Shown: in pieces, positions 7,463-17,178 of the stretch | Layout of the letters: each line of letters opens with the position of its first letter | Position numbering within the stretch: the stretch's first letter is position 1 | Source of the DNA: Coleofasciculus chthonoplastes F2-STO-03 | GTDB taxonomy: Bacteria > Cyanobacteriota > Cyanobacteriia > Cyanobacteriales > Coleofasciculaceae | DNA: 21,758 nucleotides | NCBI GenBank assembly: GCA_040222015.1 | Contig: JAVJWO010000213.1 | Location: forward strand, 1 to 21,758 | Reading direction: 5' to 3' | Made by a program: the position numbers and the translations under genes | The notes under the pieces: generated by a model | The model's database searches: none | The model's input: the letters and a program-made list of their open reading frames with translations, nothing else | What the model was told of the DNA's origin: nothing

Positions 7463-8704
7463 ATGAACGTTAAAACTGTTAAATCTATCACTCAACCTTC
7501 CCCAAACCACCTAGAGAATCCGGAAGTTTTCGGCACAGACACTCAAAGTTTAATTGATCTGTTGCTAGAGGAAATGCGGTCGGCACTCTATGGTTCCAAA
7601 GCTTTAGAAACCAACGGTGGTTTGACTTCTGGGCCCAAACGACTACCCAGTCGCGCTCAAGTCGTGGCAAAACGCATGGTGCAGGAGGTACAACGAATTT
7701 GTCGCAAGAGCGATCGCATTCAAACCTCTGGTCAAGTCCGCTCCTGGCAAATCACTTTAATCCGTCATCGCTTACACAAGTGTTTAGGCTACTATAAATT
7801 GGGGTCTAAGCAAGGGCGTGTTGAATTGCACAGCACATTAAGTGCCATGGTTTATCGCCATGTTGCCCAGCCTCAATCCCAGTTAAAATTCTCAGCTCGC
7901 TATAATCTGATTGAGGATTTTTTACAAGACTTTTATGCTGAGTCCTTAAAAGCATTTCGTCGGGAAAATGAGGTGGATGTAGACTACACGCCTCGCACTC
8001 AAATCGAACTGGCGGAGTATATGGCATTTACGGAACAGTATGCCAAGCGGCGCATCACCTTACCGAACCGTTGTAGTCAACAGCTTATCGTCTTGAGAGC
8101 GCAAAGCTTTGCCAGACGCCAACCCAATGAAACCGTTCTGGATATTGAGCAAGCGGTAGAATTTGCCAAGGGTGAAGAAGCCCGAGAGTTAAGCCGTTCA
8201 CCGGCGATGCAACAAGTGCGGGCGCACCTAGTCGCTCAAACCACTGATCCCAGTGAATCCGTATTGCGCGATCTCGTGGTGGGTGAACTGATTAATTATC
8301 TTGAGCAACAAGGTCACTCTGACTGCGCGGATTACTTGGTCTTAAAGTTACAAGACCTCGCCGCACCAGAAATCGATGAGATTTTAGGACTAACCCCCCG
8401 CCAACGGGACTACCTGCAACAGCGCTTTAAGTACCATGTGGAAAAATTCGCCCGGTCATCCCACTGGAAATTGGTACACCAATGGCTGGGAGCTGATTTA
8501 GACCAAAAATTAGGCATGACCTCTGACCAATGGGAAACCTTTTTGGCTACACTTGATGAGCAACAACAGCAACTCCTGTCTCTCAAACAAGCCCACAAGA
8601 GCGATGCTGAGATTGCTAAAGCGCTCAAGTGTACACCCAAACAATTACAAAAGCGCTGGACAAAGTTACTAGAATGTGCATGGAAAACGCGCAATTCTGA
8701 CTGA
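7463..8704 (+). CDS. HetZ-related protein (putative regulator with C-terminal HTH-like region)
   Basis: HetZ-family motifs as recalled: GRVELHSTLSA, IEDFLQ, ELAEYMAFTE, QQLIVLRAQ, LGLTPRQRDYLQQRFKYH, QKRW. Confidence 0.85.
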   Translation: MNVKTVKSITQPSPNHLENPEVFGTDTQSLIDLLLEEMRSALYGSKALETNGGLTSGPKRLPSRAQVVAKRMVQEVQRICRKSDRIQTSGQVRSWQITLIRHRLHKCLGYYKLGSKQGRVELHSTLSAMVYRHVAQPQSQLKFSARYNLIEDFLQDFYAESLKAFRRENEVDVDYTPRTQIELAEYMAFTEQYAKRRITLPNRCSQQLIVLRAQSFARRQPNETVLDIEQAVEFAKGEEARELSRSPAMQQVRAHLVAQTTDPSESVLRDLVVGELINYLEQQGHSDCADYLVLKLQDLAAPEIDEILGLTPRQRDYLQQRFKYHVEKFARSSHWKLVHQWLGADLDQKLGMTSDQWETFLATLDEQQQQLLSLKQAHKSDAEIAKALKCTPKQLQKRWTKLLECAWKTRNSD

Positions 8705-8814
8705 GGTTTCTCTTGCCAAGTAAGGAGTGCAACAGTTGAATGTGGAGGAGGTCGAACGCAAAAAATTGATTCTCTTAGCGTGTCATTTAAACGGTTCAAG
8801 TCCAACCGTCCGTT

Positions 8815-8849
8815 ATCCCCCTCTAACTCCTCCGGTTTAGATGGGGGAT
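8815..8849. terminator. Imperfect hairpin, possible terminator or dispersed repeat
   Basis: ATCCCCCTCTAA ... TTAGATGGGGGAT, about 110 nt after the hetZ-like stop; no U-tract. Confidence 0.35.
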
Positions 8850-9119
8850 TCTCCTAGTACAGCCAATGGCAGACGGTTCTTAGTTGGCTACTTCTGGGAG
8901 AAGCGGAAAGATTAGCGAACGTTATGCTAACGCGAGAAAGTACCAATGGAAAATGAGACCGCTTCACCGGGTTTTTACAAACGATGACTACTAAGTTTTG
9001 CTAAGGTAGTGTTAACAATTTGAAATGATTAGGACGTATTTCTGGGCAAGCTGACTGGCTTGAGCAGTTGAGGAGAGCCTCTCATTCATTAGACTCATCT
9101 ATTAATAATATCAGCAAAC

Positions 9120-9827
9120 ATGGTGGTTAAAATGGCTCCAGTTTTAGTATCATCCCCAATAGCAGAACAAGATCAACAAGCTCTCCGGCAGGTCTGGCAA
9201 ACCTTGGGTCCCGATAGTTGTCCTCGTTCCTACAATTTCCATTGTCATACTAAGGCGTCTGATGGTCAGCTTCATCCAAAAACGTTAATAGAACAAGCCA
9301 TTGCTATCGGTCTGAAAGGGTTTGCGATCACGGATCATCACACAATCGATGGCTATTATATGGCTCAAACCTATCTAGATTCTCTCCAGGACTCTTTACC
9401 AACTCAGGCAATTCCTCACCTCTGGACTGGCGTAGAAATCACCGCTCGCTTATTGAATACGGATGTTCATATCTTGGGCTATGCATTTGATCCCAATCAT
9501 TTCAGGTTAAAGTCTTATCTCCAAGGCAAAGCCCCCAAACATCAGCAGGCTGAAGCCGCAACTGTCATTGATGTTTTGCATCAGGCAGGTGGATTGGCGG
9601 TACTGGCTCATCCATGCCGTTATCGACGTTCAGCTCATGAACTGATTCCCGCCGCCGCCAACTTGGGAATTGATGGCGTAGAAGCCTATTACGCTTACGC
9701 GAACCCGAATCCTTGGCATCCCAGCCCTAGGCAAACGCAGCAGGTGAAACAGTTAAGTGCCACCTATAATTTGTTCAATACTTGTGGTACAGATACCCAC
9801 GGTTCAAATTTGCTACGGCGTTTGTAA
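9120..9827 (+). CDS. PHP domain-containing metal-dependent phosphoesterase
   Basis: Motifs FHCHT..SDG, AITDH, GVEIT, HILGY, LAHP, GTDTHG. Confidence 0.93.
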   Translation: MVVKMAPVLVSSPIAEQDQQALRQVWQTLGPDSCPRSYNFHCHTKASDGQLHPKTLIEQAIAIGLKGFAITDHHTIDGYYMAQTYLDSLQDSLPTQAIPHLWTGVEITARLLNTDVHILGYAFDPNHFRLKSYLQGKAPKHQQAEAATVIDVLHQAGGLAVLAHPCRYRRSAHELIPAAANLGIDGVEAYYAYANPNPWHPSPRQTQQVKQLSATYNLFNTCGTDTHGSNLLRRL

Positions 9828-9850
9828 ACTACCCAACACTAACCCTTCCG

Positions 9851-9880
9851 TGTAGAGACGCGCCATGGCGCGTCTCTACA
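9851..9880. repeat. Perfect 30-bp GTAG-family REP palindrome between convergent genes
   Basis: TGTAGAGACGCGCCATGGCGCGTCTCTACA is its own reverse complement. Confidence 0.95.
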
Positions 9881-9916
9881 ATCAGTCGAAGATTGGAACC
9901 TTTAGCATTTCATCAT

Positions 9917-10369
9917 TCAAATTGGTCGCAAACGTGTCACCTTCAAGGTAAAAGAACCCCCGCCTGTTTCTCCAAAAGCCCGCACCCGAATAATATAGGT
10001 TCCCGTTTCAGTAATCCGGGAAAATAGCAAGGAATTCGTCGTACCATCGGGACCATCATCATTTTCGGCAATAGTCGAGCCATCAGAGGCTAAGAGCGTA
10101 ACAATAGTATCGAAGCTATCTGAAATTAAATCAATAGCCACTTGATCGCCACCACTCAATTCTATAGTGTAGTCCCGGGCAAACCCCCCCTCTCCCGTGG
10201 GAATATCTTGGTCAGTGAGGGTATCAGAAACTTGATTACGCTCAGGAATCGGAATCGGATTATACAGTTGATTTTGCGCTCTCACAGCCGCCGCCGTTAA
10301 GCCCACTGTCAAAAAGGTTGTAGGAACAAGCAGAGCAAAGCTAAAACGAGCGGCAAAGGCATTCATCAT
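9917..10369 (-). CDS. Exported PPC (pre-peptidase C-terminal) domain protein
   Basis: Signal peptide ending VRA-Q; motifs SDSFDT, AENDDG, GTYIIRVRAF. Confidence 0.88.
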   Translation of the reverse strand: MMNAFAARFSFALLVPTTFLTVGLTAAAVRAQNQLYNPIPIPERNQVSDTLTDQDIPTGEGGFARDYTIELSGGDQVAIDLISDSFDTIVTLLASDGSTIAENDDGPDGTTNSLLFSRITETGTYIIRVRAFGETGGGSFTLKVTRLRPI

Positions 10370-10446
10370 AGAAAATTAATTTACGCTGAACGGGTCAATT
10401 ATAGGCGTTCTACTGTAGGTATTGATGATTCTGCACTCCTAATCAT

Positions 10447-11337
10447 CTATCGTCGAATATTAAAACAACACCACTCTTGACGTTTCCAGAGAGTCGCTAC
10501 TGTCCAGTTATGTTGTTCTAGGGTATCAGCAATAGGTTTAGCCTGATCCAACAATATCCCGCTAATAATTCCCCAACAGTGGGGACTGGCGATCGCACTG
10601 ATTCCGGGAATCAGGTCAATAATCACTTCTGCCAGGATATTGCAGAGAATACCATCAACCTTTTTGTCACCCAGAAGATGAGTTAATAGCTCAACACTAC
10701 CTTTCTTCACAATTAAGCGATCGGCACTAATCTGATTCAATTCTCGGTTGCTGCGGGCAGAGCGCACAGCTAGGGGATCAATATCTACTCCCAAGACTTT
10801 TTTTGCCCCCAATAACACAGAGGCAATGGATAAAATACCCGATCCACACCCAATATCCGCAATAACGGGGTGGCTATGATCATAAACGATTCGCATTTCC
10901 AGGGCTTCTAGGCACAGATGCGTGGTGGGATGGGTTCCCGTACCAAATGCTGCACCCGGATCGAGGCGCAACAGCAGGCGATCGGTTTGTGGGGGTACAG
11001 ATAACCAAGCCGGGTAAATCAAAAAGCAATCGCCAATTTCTGTAGGTTGCCAATGCTGTTTCCAACTGCTTGCCCAGTCTTCTTCATCAATTAAGTGCCA
11101 CTGGGTTAAGGGGAGTGGCAATCCTACCGTCAGCGCATCTTGGCGCAACCATAAAGAAAGTGCTGCCAAATCCAACAAATGTGCCTGATTTTGGGGTAAG
11201 TGAGTTCGGATCAGTTGAGAGTGTCCTTTGCTTTCACAAGACATTCCCCGACAGCCGAAACTCTCCAGTCGCCAGAAGATTAAATCCTCCAAGGATGGAT
11301 CACTCAAAATTGTAATTTCCCACCAGCTATTTGCCAT
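10447..11337 (-). CDS. prmA: 50S ribosomal protein L11 methyltransferase
   Basis: Motifs [42 protein letters not shown]. Confidence 0.97.
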   Translation of the reverse strand: MANSWWEITILSDPSLEDLIFWRLESFGCRGMSCESKGHSQLIRTHLPQNQAHLLDLAALSLWLRQDALTVGLPLPLTQWHLIDEEDWASSWKQHWQPTEIGDCFLIYPAWLSVPPQTDRLLLRLDPGAAFGTGTHPTTHLCLEALEMRIVYDHSHPVIADIGCGSGILSIASVLLGAKKVLGVDIDPLAVRSARSNRELNQISADRLIVKKGSVELLTHLLGDKKVDGILCNILAEVIIDLIPGISAIASPHCWGIISGILLDQAKPIADTLEQHNWTVATLWKRQEWCCFNIRR

Positions 11338-11340
11338 ACG

Positions 11341-11460
11341 ATTTCAGATTTTAGATTTCAGATTTTAGATTGAGGGAGAGCCGTTGAAAACCAACAGATA
11401 CCGGAGAATCGTTGTTCTACTGTCTGAGTTATCCAAAATCCAAAACCCAAAATCCAAAAT
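11341..11460. repeat. Inverted pair of heptamer arrays (ATTTYAG)x4 ... (AYCCAAA)x4
   Basis: 11341-11371 and 11431-11460 are approximately complementary around a roughly 60-nt unique core, between serA and prmA. Confidence 0.8.
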
Positions 11461-11468
11461 TGACGTGA

Positions 11469-13052
11469 CTACAGTGTTACCGTATAAGCGTCCCGAATAC
11501 CAGGAACTTTGGTGATTTCGGTCAAAATTCCCTCCGGTAGGGGATCATCAATGCTCAAGACCATTACAGCATCACCTCGGACAATTTTGCGACCGACCTG
11601 CATACTGGCGATATTCACATTAAAACTACCCAGCAGCGACCCAATTTTACCAATAATTCCCGGCATATCGCGGTGCAGGGTAAAAAGCATGTGGTGACTC
11701 GGTGGCACATTAATCGGAAACTCGTCAATACTGGTGATGTGAATTTCACCATCGCTCAATAGCGCTCCCGTCACCGAATGTTCACCCAAGGAACCCTTAG
11801 CCGATAGCAGTAGCGAACCACCCGAATAATCTTGAACCGAAGCATCGCGGGTTTCAATCACCCTAATTCCCCGCTCTTTTGCCTCAATTGAAGCATTGAC
11901 GTAGTTCACCCGCTCACGCAAGGCTTGGGATAACAGTCCTTTCAGGGATGCTACCACTAATGGCTGACTATTATTCGTGGCTAACTCCCCTTGTAACCGG
12001 ACATTGAGCTGTTCAATTCGCCCACCCGCTAACTGACTGACCAAATTGCCCAAGGTTTCTGCCAAGCGCATATACGGTTTGAGCTGTTCTAGCACATTAG
12101 ACGATAGTCCGGGAATATTCACGGCTGAACGAGCCGGTAATCCTAAGAGGACATCGCGAATTTGTTCAGCCACATCAATGGCAACATTAACTTGGGCTTC
12201 TGCGGTTGACGCACCCAGGTGAGGCGTAAGGATCACTTCCTTACCCAGTTCACGTAGGGGAGATTCTCCCAGGGGTTCTGACTCAAATACATCCAGTGCT
12301 GCCCCAGCTATTTTACCTGTCTTTAAGGCTTCTGAAAGTGCCGCCTCGTCAATGACTCCACCTCTAGAGCAATTGATAATTCGAGCCGTTGGTTTCATTG
12401 TCGCCAAGGCTTCGGCATTAATCAAATGAGTGGTTTCCGGGGTTTTGGGAATATGCAGGGTGACGTAGTCCGACTCCCGCAACAACAAATCCATATCCAC
12501 CAGACGACAGCCTAGCTGATCAGCGCGTTCCAGGGAAATAAAGGGATCATAAGCCAGTAACTTCATCCCCATGGAGCGGACAACTGTTGCCACATGGGAA
12601 CCAATTTTACCCAAGCCCACAATACCTATGGTTTTTTTGTAAACTTCGGCACCGATAAAGCGCTTGCGATCCCATTGACTATTTTTCACCGACTGATTGG
12701 CTTCTGGGATATGGCGTGATAAGGACAGCATCATGGCTAAAGCGTGTTCAGCCGCCGCAATGGTATTTCCTTCCGGGGAGTTAACCACCACAATACCCTT
12801 ACGGGTAGCGGCTGGGACATCAACGTTATCAACGCCAACCCCAGCACGTCCAATAATCTTGAGTTGTTTACCCGCTTCGATGATTTCTTTGGTCACACGA
12901 GTACCAGAACGAATCATCATGGCATCATACTCAGCGATGATGCCAACGAGTTCCTCAGGCGATAGATTGGTTTTCACATCAACCTGAGCCACTTGGGAGA
13001 GGATATCAATTCCAGCTTGATCGATGGGATCGGATACAAGTACTTTAGACAT
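11469..13052 (-). CDS. serA: D-3-phosphoglycerate dehydrogenase (with ASB and ACT domains)
   Basis: Motifs GRAGVGVDNVD, GLGKIG, INCSRGG, TPHLGAST; ACT domain HRDMPGIIG. Confidence 0.98.
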   Translation of the reverse strand: MSKVLVSDPIDQAGIDILSQVAQVDVKTNLSPEELVGIIAEYDAMMIRSGTRVTKEIIEAGKQLKIIGRAGVGVDNVDVPAATRKGIVVVNSPEGNTIAAAEHALAMMLSLSRHIPEANQSVKNSQWDRKRFIGAEVYKKTIGIVGLGKIGSHVATVVRSMGMKLLAYDPFISLERADQLGCRLVDMDLLLRESDYVTLHIPKTPETTHLINAEALATMKPTARIINCSRGGVIDEAALSEALKTGKIAGAALDVFESEPLGESPLRELGKEVILTPHLGASTAEAQVNVAIDVAEQIRDVLLGLPARSAVNIPGLSSNVLEQLKPYMRLAETLGNLVSQLAGGRIEQLNVRLQGELATNNSQPLVVASLKGLLSQALRERVNYVNASIEAKERGIRVIETRDASVQDYSGGSLLLSAKGSLGEHSVTGALLSDGEIHITSIDEFPINVPPSHHMLFTLHRDMPGIIGKIGSLLGSFNVNIASMQVGRKIVRGDAVMVLSIDDPLPEGILTEITKVPGIRDAYTVTL

Positions 13053-13533
13053 TGCCAGTAGATGGGTTGAAATGAGTTACACCGATTGTGCCTTGCTGTA
13101 AATTAATGCAGGACAGCTTATCAACTACACAACAGGGCTATCGCTGGACAATCAGGATGACTGACCGCAGTAGGCTATTGTAACGGCAAAGGGGTCAGTG
13201 TTGACCACATTGACCGAAAGTTTTAAAGTTTCCCGTGTTTTCCCGGTTGTTGGCAATGATGCCAATCCTTAACCCACAGCCGCTCAACCCGCTCAAACTC
13301 CCGTGTATTGGGGTCAGCAGAGTTAAGAGTGGTTCGAGCGATCGCGCACCAAGCTTGAACGACTATTCAAATACATCACACCAACATTTGTATCCAAAAG
13401 GGAGCGCATTCCTCGTCAAAATAACACCGACTAAGGGGGGTTATTTTTAAGGCAGTGAGATTCAAAGGCTCTTGCTTCAGGTGGAGTCGCTATTGTCGTA
13501 GTCGTAAAGGTTTTCGGTTAGTAGCTAAATGTT

Positions 13534-13668
13534 TTACCTTATCTGTGACTGGTGACGCAGGTATTCATCAGTAATCGGTACACCAGACCATTCGCTGATT
13601 TCGTGGGCTAACCAGTCCATTTCTGGCTCTACAAGTCCCTAGTTAATGTAATATGAATTATTTCTTTT
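13534..13668 (-). pseudogene. Orphan C-terminal gene remnant
   Basis: Hand translation gives KRNNSYYIN*GLVEPEMDWLAHEISEWSGVPITDEYLRHQSQIR*. It resembles the ExxWLAxELSxWLxxPI tail recalled from cyanobacterial Ser/Thr kinase-associated proteins. Confidence 0.5.
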
Positions 13669-13698
13669 GACTGTGATTACACCAACCGATGCTCTAGG

Positions 13699-16600
13699 TC
13701 ACTTTCCCAGAATGACATCTGGGTGTCGGCTCAGGCGACGTCGCCGCTCACGTCGCTTCAGCCATTCGGTGGCATCATCGATGAAGGAATACACCACTGG
13801 CACTACCACCAAGGTTAACAGGGTGGAGAGTAGCAACCCTCCTAGAATTACAGTAGCGATGGGGGAATAGGCATCCATACCAATTTCTGGGAAGAACGCC
13901 AGCCGCACGATTACGATAACGGTGGTACAGGTTGTCATGGTAATCGCTTTTAACCGAACCGGACCTGCCATGCGAATCGCTACGTCGCGGGGAACTCCTT
14001 CTTCTCGTTTAGCTAAGATCAACTCTAGCAGTAGAATTGCTGCGGATAGAGACAAACCGGATAGGATGACAATGCCCAGAATTGAGACGCTTGAAAGGGT
14101 TTGATCCGCCAAAATCAATCCGCCGAAGACACCGACTAATTGTAGGGGAACTGACACCATCATCACCAAAGGTTGAATAAACGAGCCAAATTGAATGACA
14201 AGAATCAAATAAATTAAAATCAGTGATACAACCAACCCTTTGAGCAAACGGTCAAACTCGATCATCATGTCGGTCATGTCACCCATGGAATCGATACCAT
14301 AACCCGGAGGAAATTGTAACTCCATTCCCGCCCGCATCGCGATCGCCATCGACAAATCCATGGAAGCCGGACCCCCTTTCCGGTAGTAGCCGTTGACATA
14401 CACCACCCGTTTCCCATTAATATGCTCAATCACGGTAGGACCATTGTGCCGTTCCAGGGTAGCGACGGTTTTCAGGGGAACCTGTTGTCCCATCGGTGTG
14501 GTAATGTATGTGTTTGCCAGATTGCTCAGGGTGCCGCGTTCTTCCTCCTCATAGCGCACCAGAATCGAATTTTGACGTAGGTTGGGACGGTTGTAATAGC
14601 GGCGGGTAAAACCACCTGTGAGGGCGTAGCGGGCTTGTTCTGCCACCATCCGTACATTCATCCCCAGTTCTTCGGCGCGACGACGATCCACCTGGATCTG
14701 ATATTCTGGCTGAGTTAGGGCTGAACTGGTTTGGGGCATGACTAACCCCGGGGTATCTTCAGCAATGCGGAGTACATCTTTGGCTAAACGATGGAGTATG
14801 TCTAAATCATCACCATATACCGCAAGCTGAATCGGAGCCGCAGATGTCGCCATCACATCCACACCCATTTCCTTTAAAGCGATGCGGCGCAAACCGGGAA
14901 TAGTCCGGCGGGCTTCAGCTTCGACGCTATCCATAATTTCCCAGATGTCACGGTTGCGATCGCCCTTGAGGGTGACAATTAGAGAGGCGGAGTTAACGCT
15001 GCCCATACTGTAGCCGCTGAAATAGGTACTATTACGGGTCAGTTCAAACCCCGTTTGGGAGGACACTTTGTCGATGTCTGGTTGGGCGAGTAAAATCTGC
15101 TCAAAGCGGTAGGTACTCTCGTCAGTCTTAGCAAAAGACGTACCCGGTTCCATCTCCAGCGATGCCATAAACTGACCCGAATCCCCCAGGGGCATCATTT
15201 CCTGAGGCACAAAGGGATAAAGTGCGATCGCAAATACAATAGCAGCTCCCGCGATCGCCAGCGTCACCTCCCGATTATTCATACACCGATCCAGCAGCCA
15301 ACCATAGCCCTGTTCGAGTTTCTCAAAGCCTACCCGCACCGGGGTCAACAGCCATTGCAACCATGTCTGTCGTTGGCGTCTGTTCTGGGGTGGCTTCAGC
15401 ACAAATGCGGCAATTAGGGGAATCAGCGTCACCGACACAATCAGCGAAGCGATAAAAGCAAACACCATGGGCCACACGATGCCCACAAACATCAGTCCTG
15501 TCAACCCTCCCGCCATAATTGTCGGTAACAGTGCTGCAATCATTACACAACTTGCCGCCGCACTTGCCAGAAACACCTCCCCTGTTCCCTGAATTGCCGC
15601 CTGTCTGGGGCGTAACCCTTCCTGTAGTTTCCGATCAATGGAGTCAATGACGATGATCGAATCATCCACCAGTTTGCCAATTGCCATCATCATCCCAATC
15701 AGGGTGGAGGAATTCAGGGACATCTCGATGGGAATAAAAGGCAAAGTGGAGAGAGCCAGAGAGGTAGGGATGGAGATCATGATCAGCGCCGTGGCGCGGA
15801 AATCTTCCAAAAAGATCAGAATCACCACCCCAGCCAGCAACACGCTGATCAGCAGTTCTTGGAAGGTGCTATCAAGAATAATATTGACCAAATAGGAGTT
15901 ATCATAAGCTTCTGCAAAACTCAGACCCGGATACTCTGCCTGAATCTGCTCCAATTCTGCCCGTACCTGCCTGATTACCTTCGGGGAACTCGAATCCGGC
16001 TTCTGGATCACATTCACCGCCAAAGCCGCCTCGCCATTGTAGCGGTAGCCACTGCGCCGTTCCTCAAATGTATCTTCTACGGTAGCCACATCTCGGACGT
16101 AAACTACCTGCCCATCCTGTTCTAAAACGGGGTAATCCATCACATCCGCCGCACTCAGCGCCCGTTCATCCGCCCGCACCAGGATTTCCGAGTCACCCTG
16201 AGTCAGCACCCCAGCGCCCTGGCTGACGTTATTGGCATCAATCGCGTCGCGCACCTGCAAAATTGATAACCCGTAAGCGGCTAACTTCTGTCGATCCACC
16301 ACCACCTGAAGCTGTCGCCGATAGCCGCCGAAGATAGACACAGCCTGGACATTTGGCACTTGGGTTAGCCGATCAACCAGGGTGTTATCCGCAAATTCCC
16401 GTAGCTGCACCGGGTCCCAGCCATCTCCCTGTAGCGCCAACGTCAGCACCGGACGGTTGAGGGGATCAATCGGCAATACCCAGTAAGAACGGGAGTTTAA
16501 GCCATCCAGTTCAATGTCTCCCTCAGCAGCCGTCATGATGCTCTGCACAGATTGCACGGCTTGATTGATATCGTCTCCCCAGGCAAATTGAATCGTCACT

Positions 16601-16878
16601 AAGGACATATCCTGCTGAGAGCTAGAGCGAATAAACCGCACATTGTCCAGCACCGTCAGCCGCTGCTCAATCGGCTTACTGATATAGGTTTCAACTTCTG
16701 TGGGAGAGGAACCCGGTGCCATGGTGACAATCGACACCAATGGACTTTCCACGTAGGGCATCATCCGCACCGGTAGGAGTATTAGACTCAGTACGGATAG
16801 GACTAGCACGGCGATGTACAGCGCGGCGACAATTACCGGATGCTTAATCGACCAACGGGTGAGAAAGGTTTTGATCAT
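13699..16878 (-). CDS. RND efflux permease (AcrB/CusA family; CopA-like heavy-metal exporter)
   Basis: 1059 aa with RND topology. Motifs IGKLVDDSI, GPVRLKAITMT, PIATVILGGLLLSTLLTL; Met-rich sites EMMP and EMGVDVM. Confidence 0.93.
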   Translation of the reverse strand: MIKTFLTRWSIKHPVIVAALYIAVLVLSVLSLILLPVRMMPYVESPLVSIVTMAPGSSPTEVETYISKPIEQRLTVLDNVRFIRSSSQQDMSLVTIQFAWGDDINQAVQSVQSIMTAAEGDIELDGLNSRSYWVLPIDPLNRPVLTLALQGDGWDPVQLREFADNTLVDRLTQVPNVQAVSIFGGYRRQLQVVVDRQKLAAYGLSILQVRDAIDANNVSQGAGVLTQGDSEILVRADERALSAADVMDYPVLEQDGQVVYVRDVATVEDTFEERRSGYRYNGEAALAVNVIQKPDSSSPKVIRQVRAELEQIQAEYPGLSFAEAYDNSYLVNIILDSTFQELLISVLLAGVVILIFLEDFRATALIMISIPTSLALSTLPFIPIEMSLNSSTLIGMMMAIGKLVDDSIIVIDSIDRKLQEGLRPRQAAIQGTGEVFLASAAASCVMIAALLPTIMAGGLTGLMFVGIVWPMVFAFIASLIVSVTLIPLIAAFVLKPPQNRRQRQTWLQWLLTPVRVGFEKLEQGYGWLLDRCMNNREVTLAIAGAAIVFAIALYPFVPQEMMPLGDSGQFMASLEMEPGTSFAKTDESTYRFEQILLAQPDIDKVSSQTGFELTRNSTYFSGYSMGSVNSASLIVTLKGDRNRDIWEIMDSVEAEARRTIPGLRRIALKEMGVDVMATSAAPIQLAVYGDDLDILHRLAKDVLRIAEDTPGLVMPQTSSALTQPEYQIQVDRRRAEELGMNVRMVAEQARYALTGGFTRRYYNRPNLRQNSILVRYEEEERGTLSNLANTYITTPMGQQVPLKTVATLERHNGPTVIEHINGKRVVYVNGYYRKGGPASMDLSMAIAMRAGMELQFPPGYGIDSMGDMTDMMIEFDRLLKGLVVSLILIYLILVIQFGSFIQPLVMMVSVPLQLVGVFGGLILADQTLSSVSILGIVILSGLSLSAAILLLELILAKREEGVPRDVAIRMAGPVRLKAITMTTCTTVIVIVRLAFFPEIGMDAYSPIATVILGGLLLSTLLTLVVVPVVYSFIDDATEWLKRRERRRRLSRHPDVILGK

Positions 16879-16897
16879 GGGAGCGCTGGGGGGAAAT

Positions 16898-16921
16898 GTA
16901 GAGACGTGCCATGGCGCGTCT
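16898..16921. repeat. GTAG-family REP palindrome
   Basis: GTAGAGACGTGCCATGGCGCGTCT, same family as 9851-9880. Confidence 0.85.
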
Positions 16922-16942
16922 GGGAGATGAGGGAGATGGGGA

Positions 16943-17056
16943 ACACCTCGACTTACTTCGACTTACTTCGGACTTCGGCGTGAGCGCGGCAACTGAGCCT
17001 GTCGAAGTTCAGTCGAACGCTTCGCTCAGTAACACGCTCAGTAACACGCTCGGTGT
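16943..17056. repeat. Nested cluster of roughly 20-nt TTCGACTWCGCTCA mini-elements
   Basis: Three left halves (..tcgact or variant) and three right halves (..cgctc(a/g)gt) flank two reverse-orientation units (tgagc..gtcgaa). Confidence 0.75.
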
Positions 17057-17072
17057 GTCAGATGGGGAAATT

Positions 17073-17147
17073 GTAGGGGCGGGTTTAACTACTATCGTTT
17101 GAAATGGTGCGTTACGCTTCGCTAACGCACCCTACACCCGCCCTGTC
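17073..17147. repeat. GTAG REP containing a second REP
   Basis: Outer GTAGGGGCGGGT...ACCCGCCCT; inner GGTGCGTTACGCTTCGCTAACGCACCCTAC at 17106-17135. Confidence 0.85.
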
Positions 17148-17150
17148 TAA

Positions 17151-17178
17151 ATGACGAATGACGAATGACAAATGACGA
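17151..17178. repeat. STRR2-like heptamer array (ATGACRA)x4
   Basis: Directly visible. Confidence 0.88.

Noticed and set aside
13235..13450. 71-aa plus-strand ORF
   Set aside because: No recognisable motif or RBS, and it overlaps hairpin-forming sequence.
16911..17102. 63-aa ORF, and ORF extensions at 17633-17716 and 17574-17904 starting MARL/MAWR
   Set aside because: These frames run through REP and mini-repeat DNA or antisense to real genes; the MARL starts come from the CCATGG palindrome centre.
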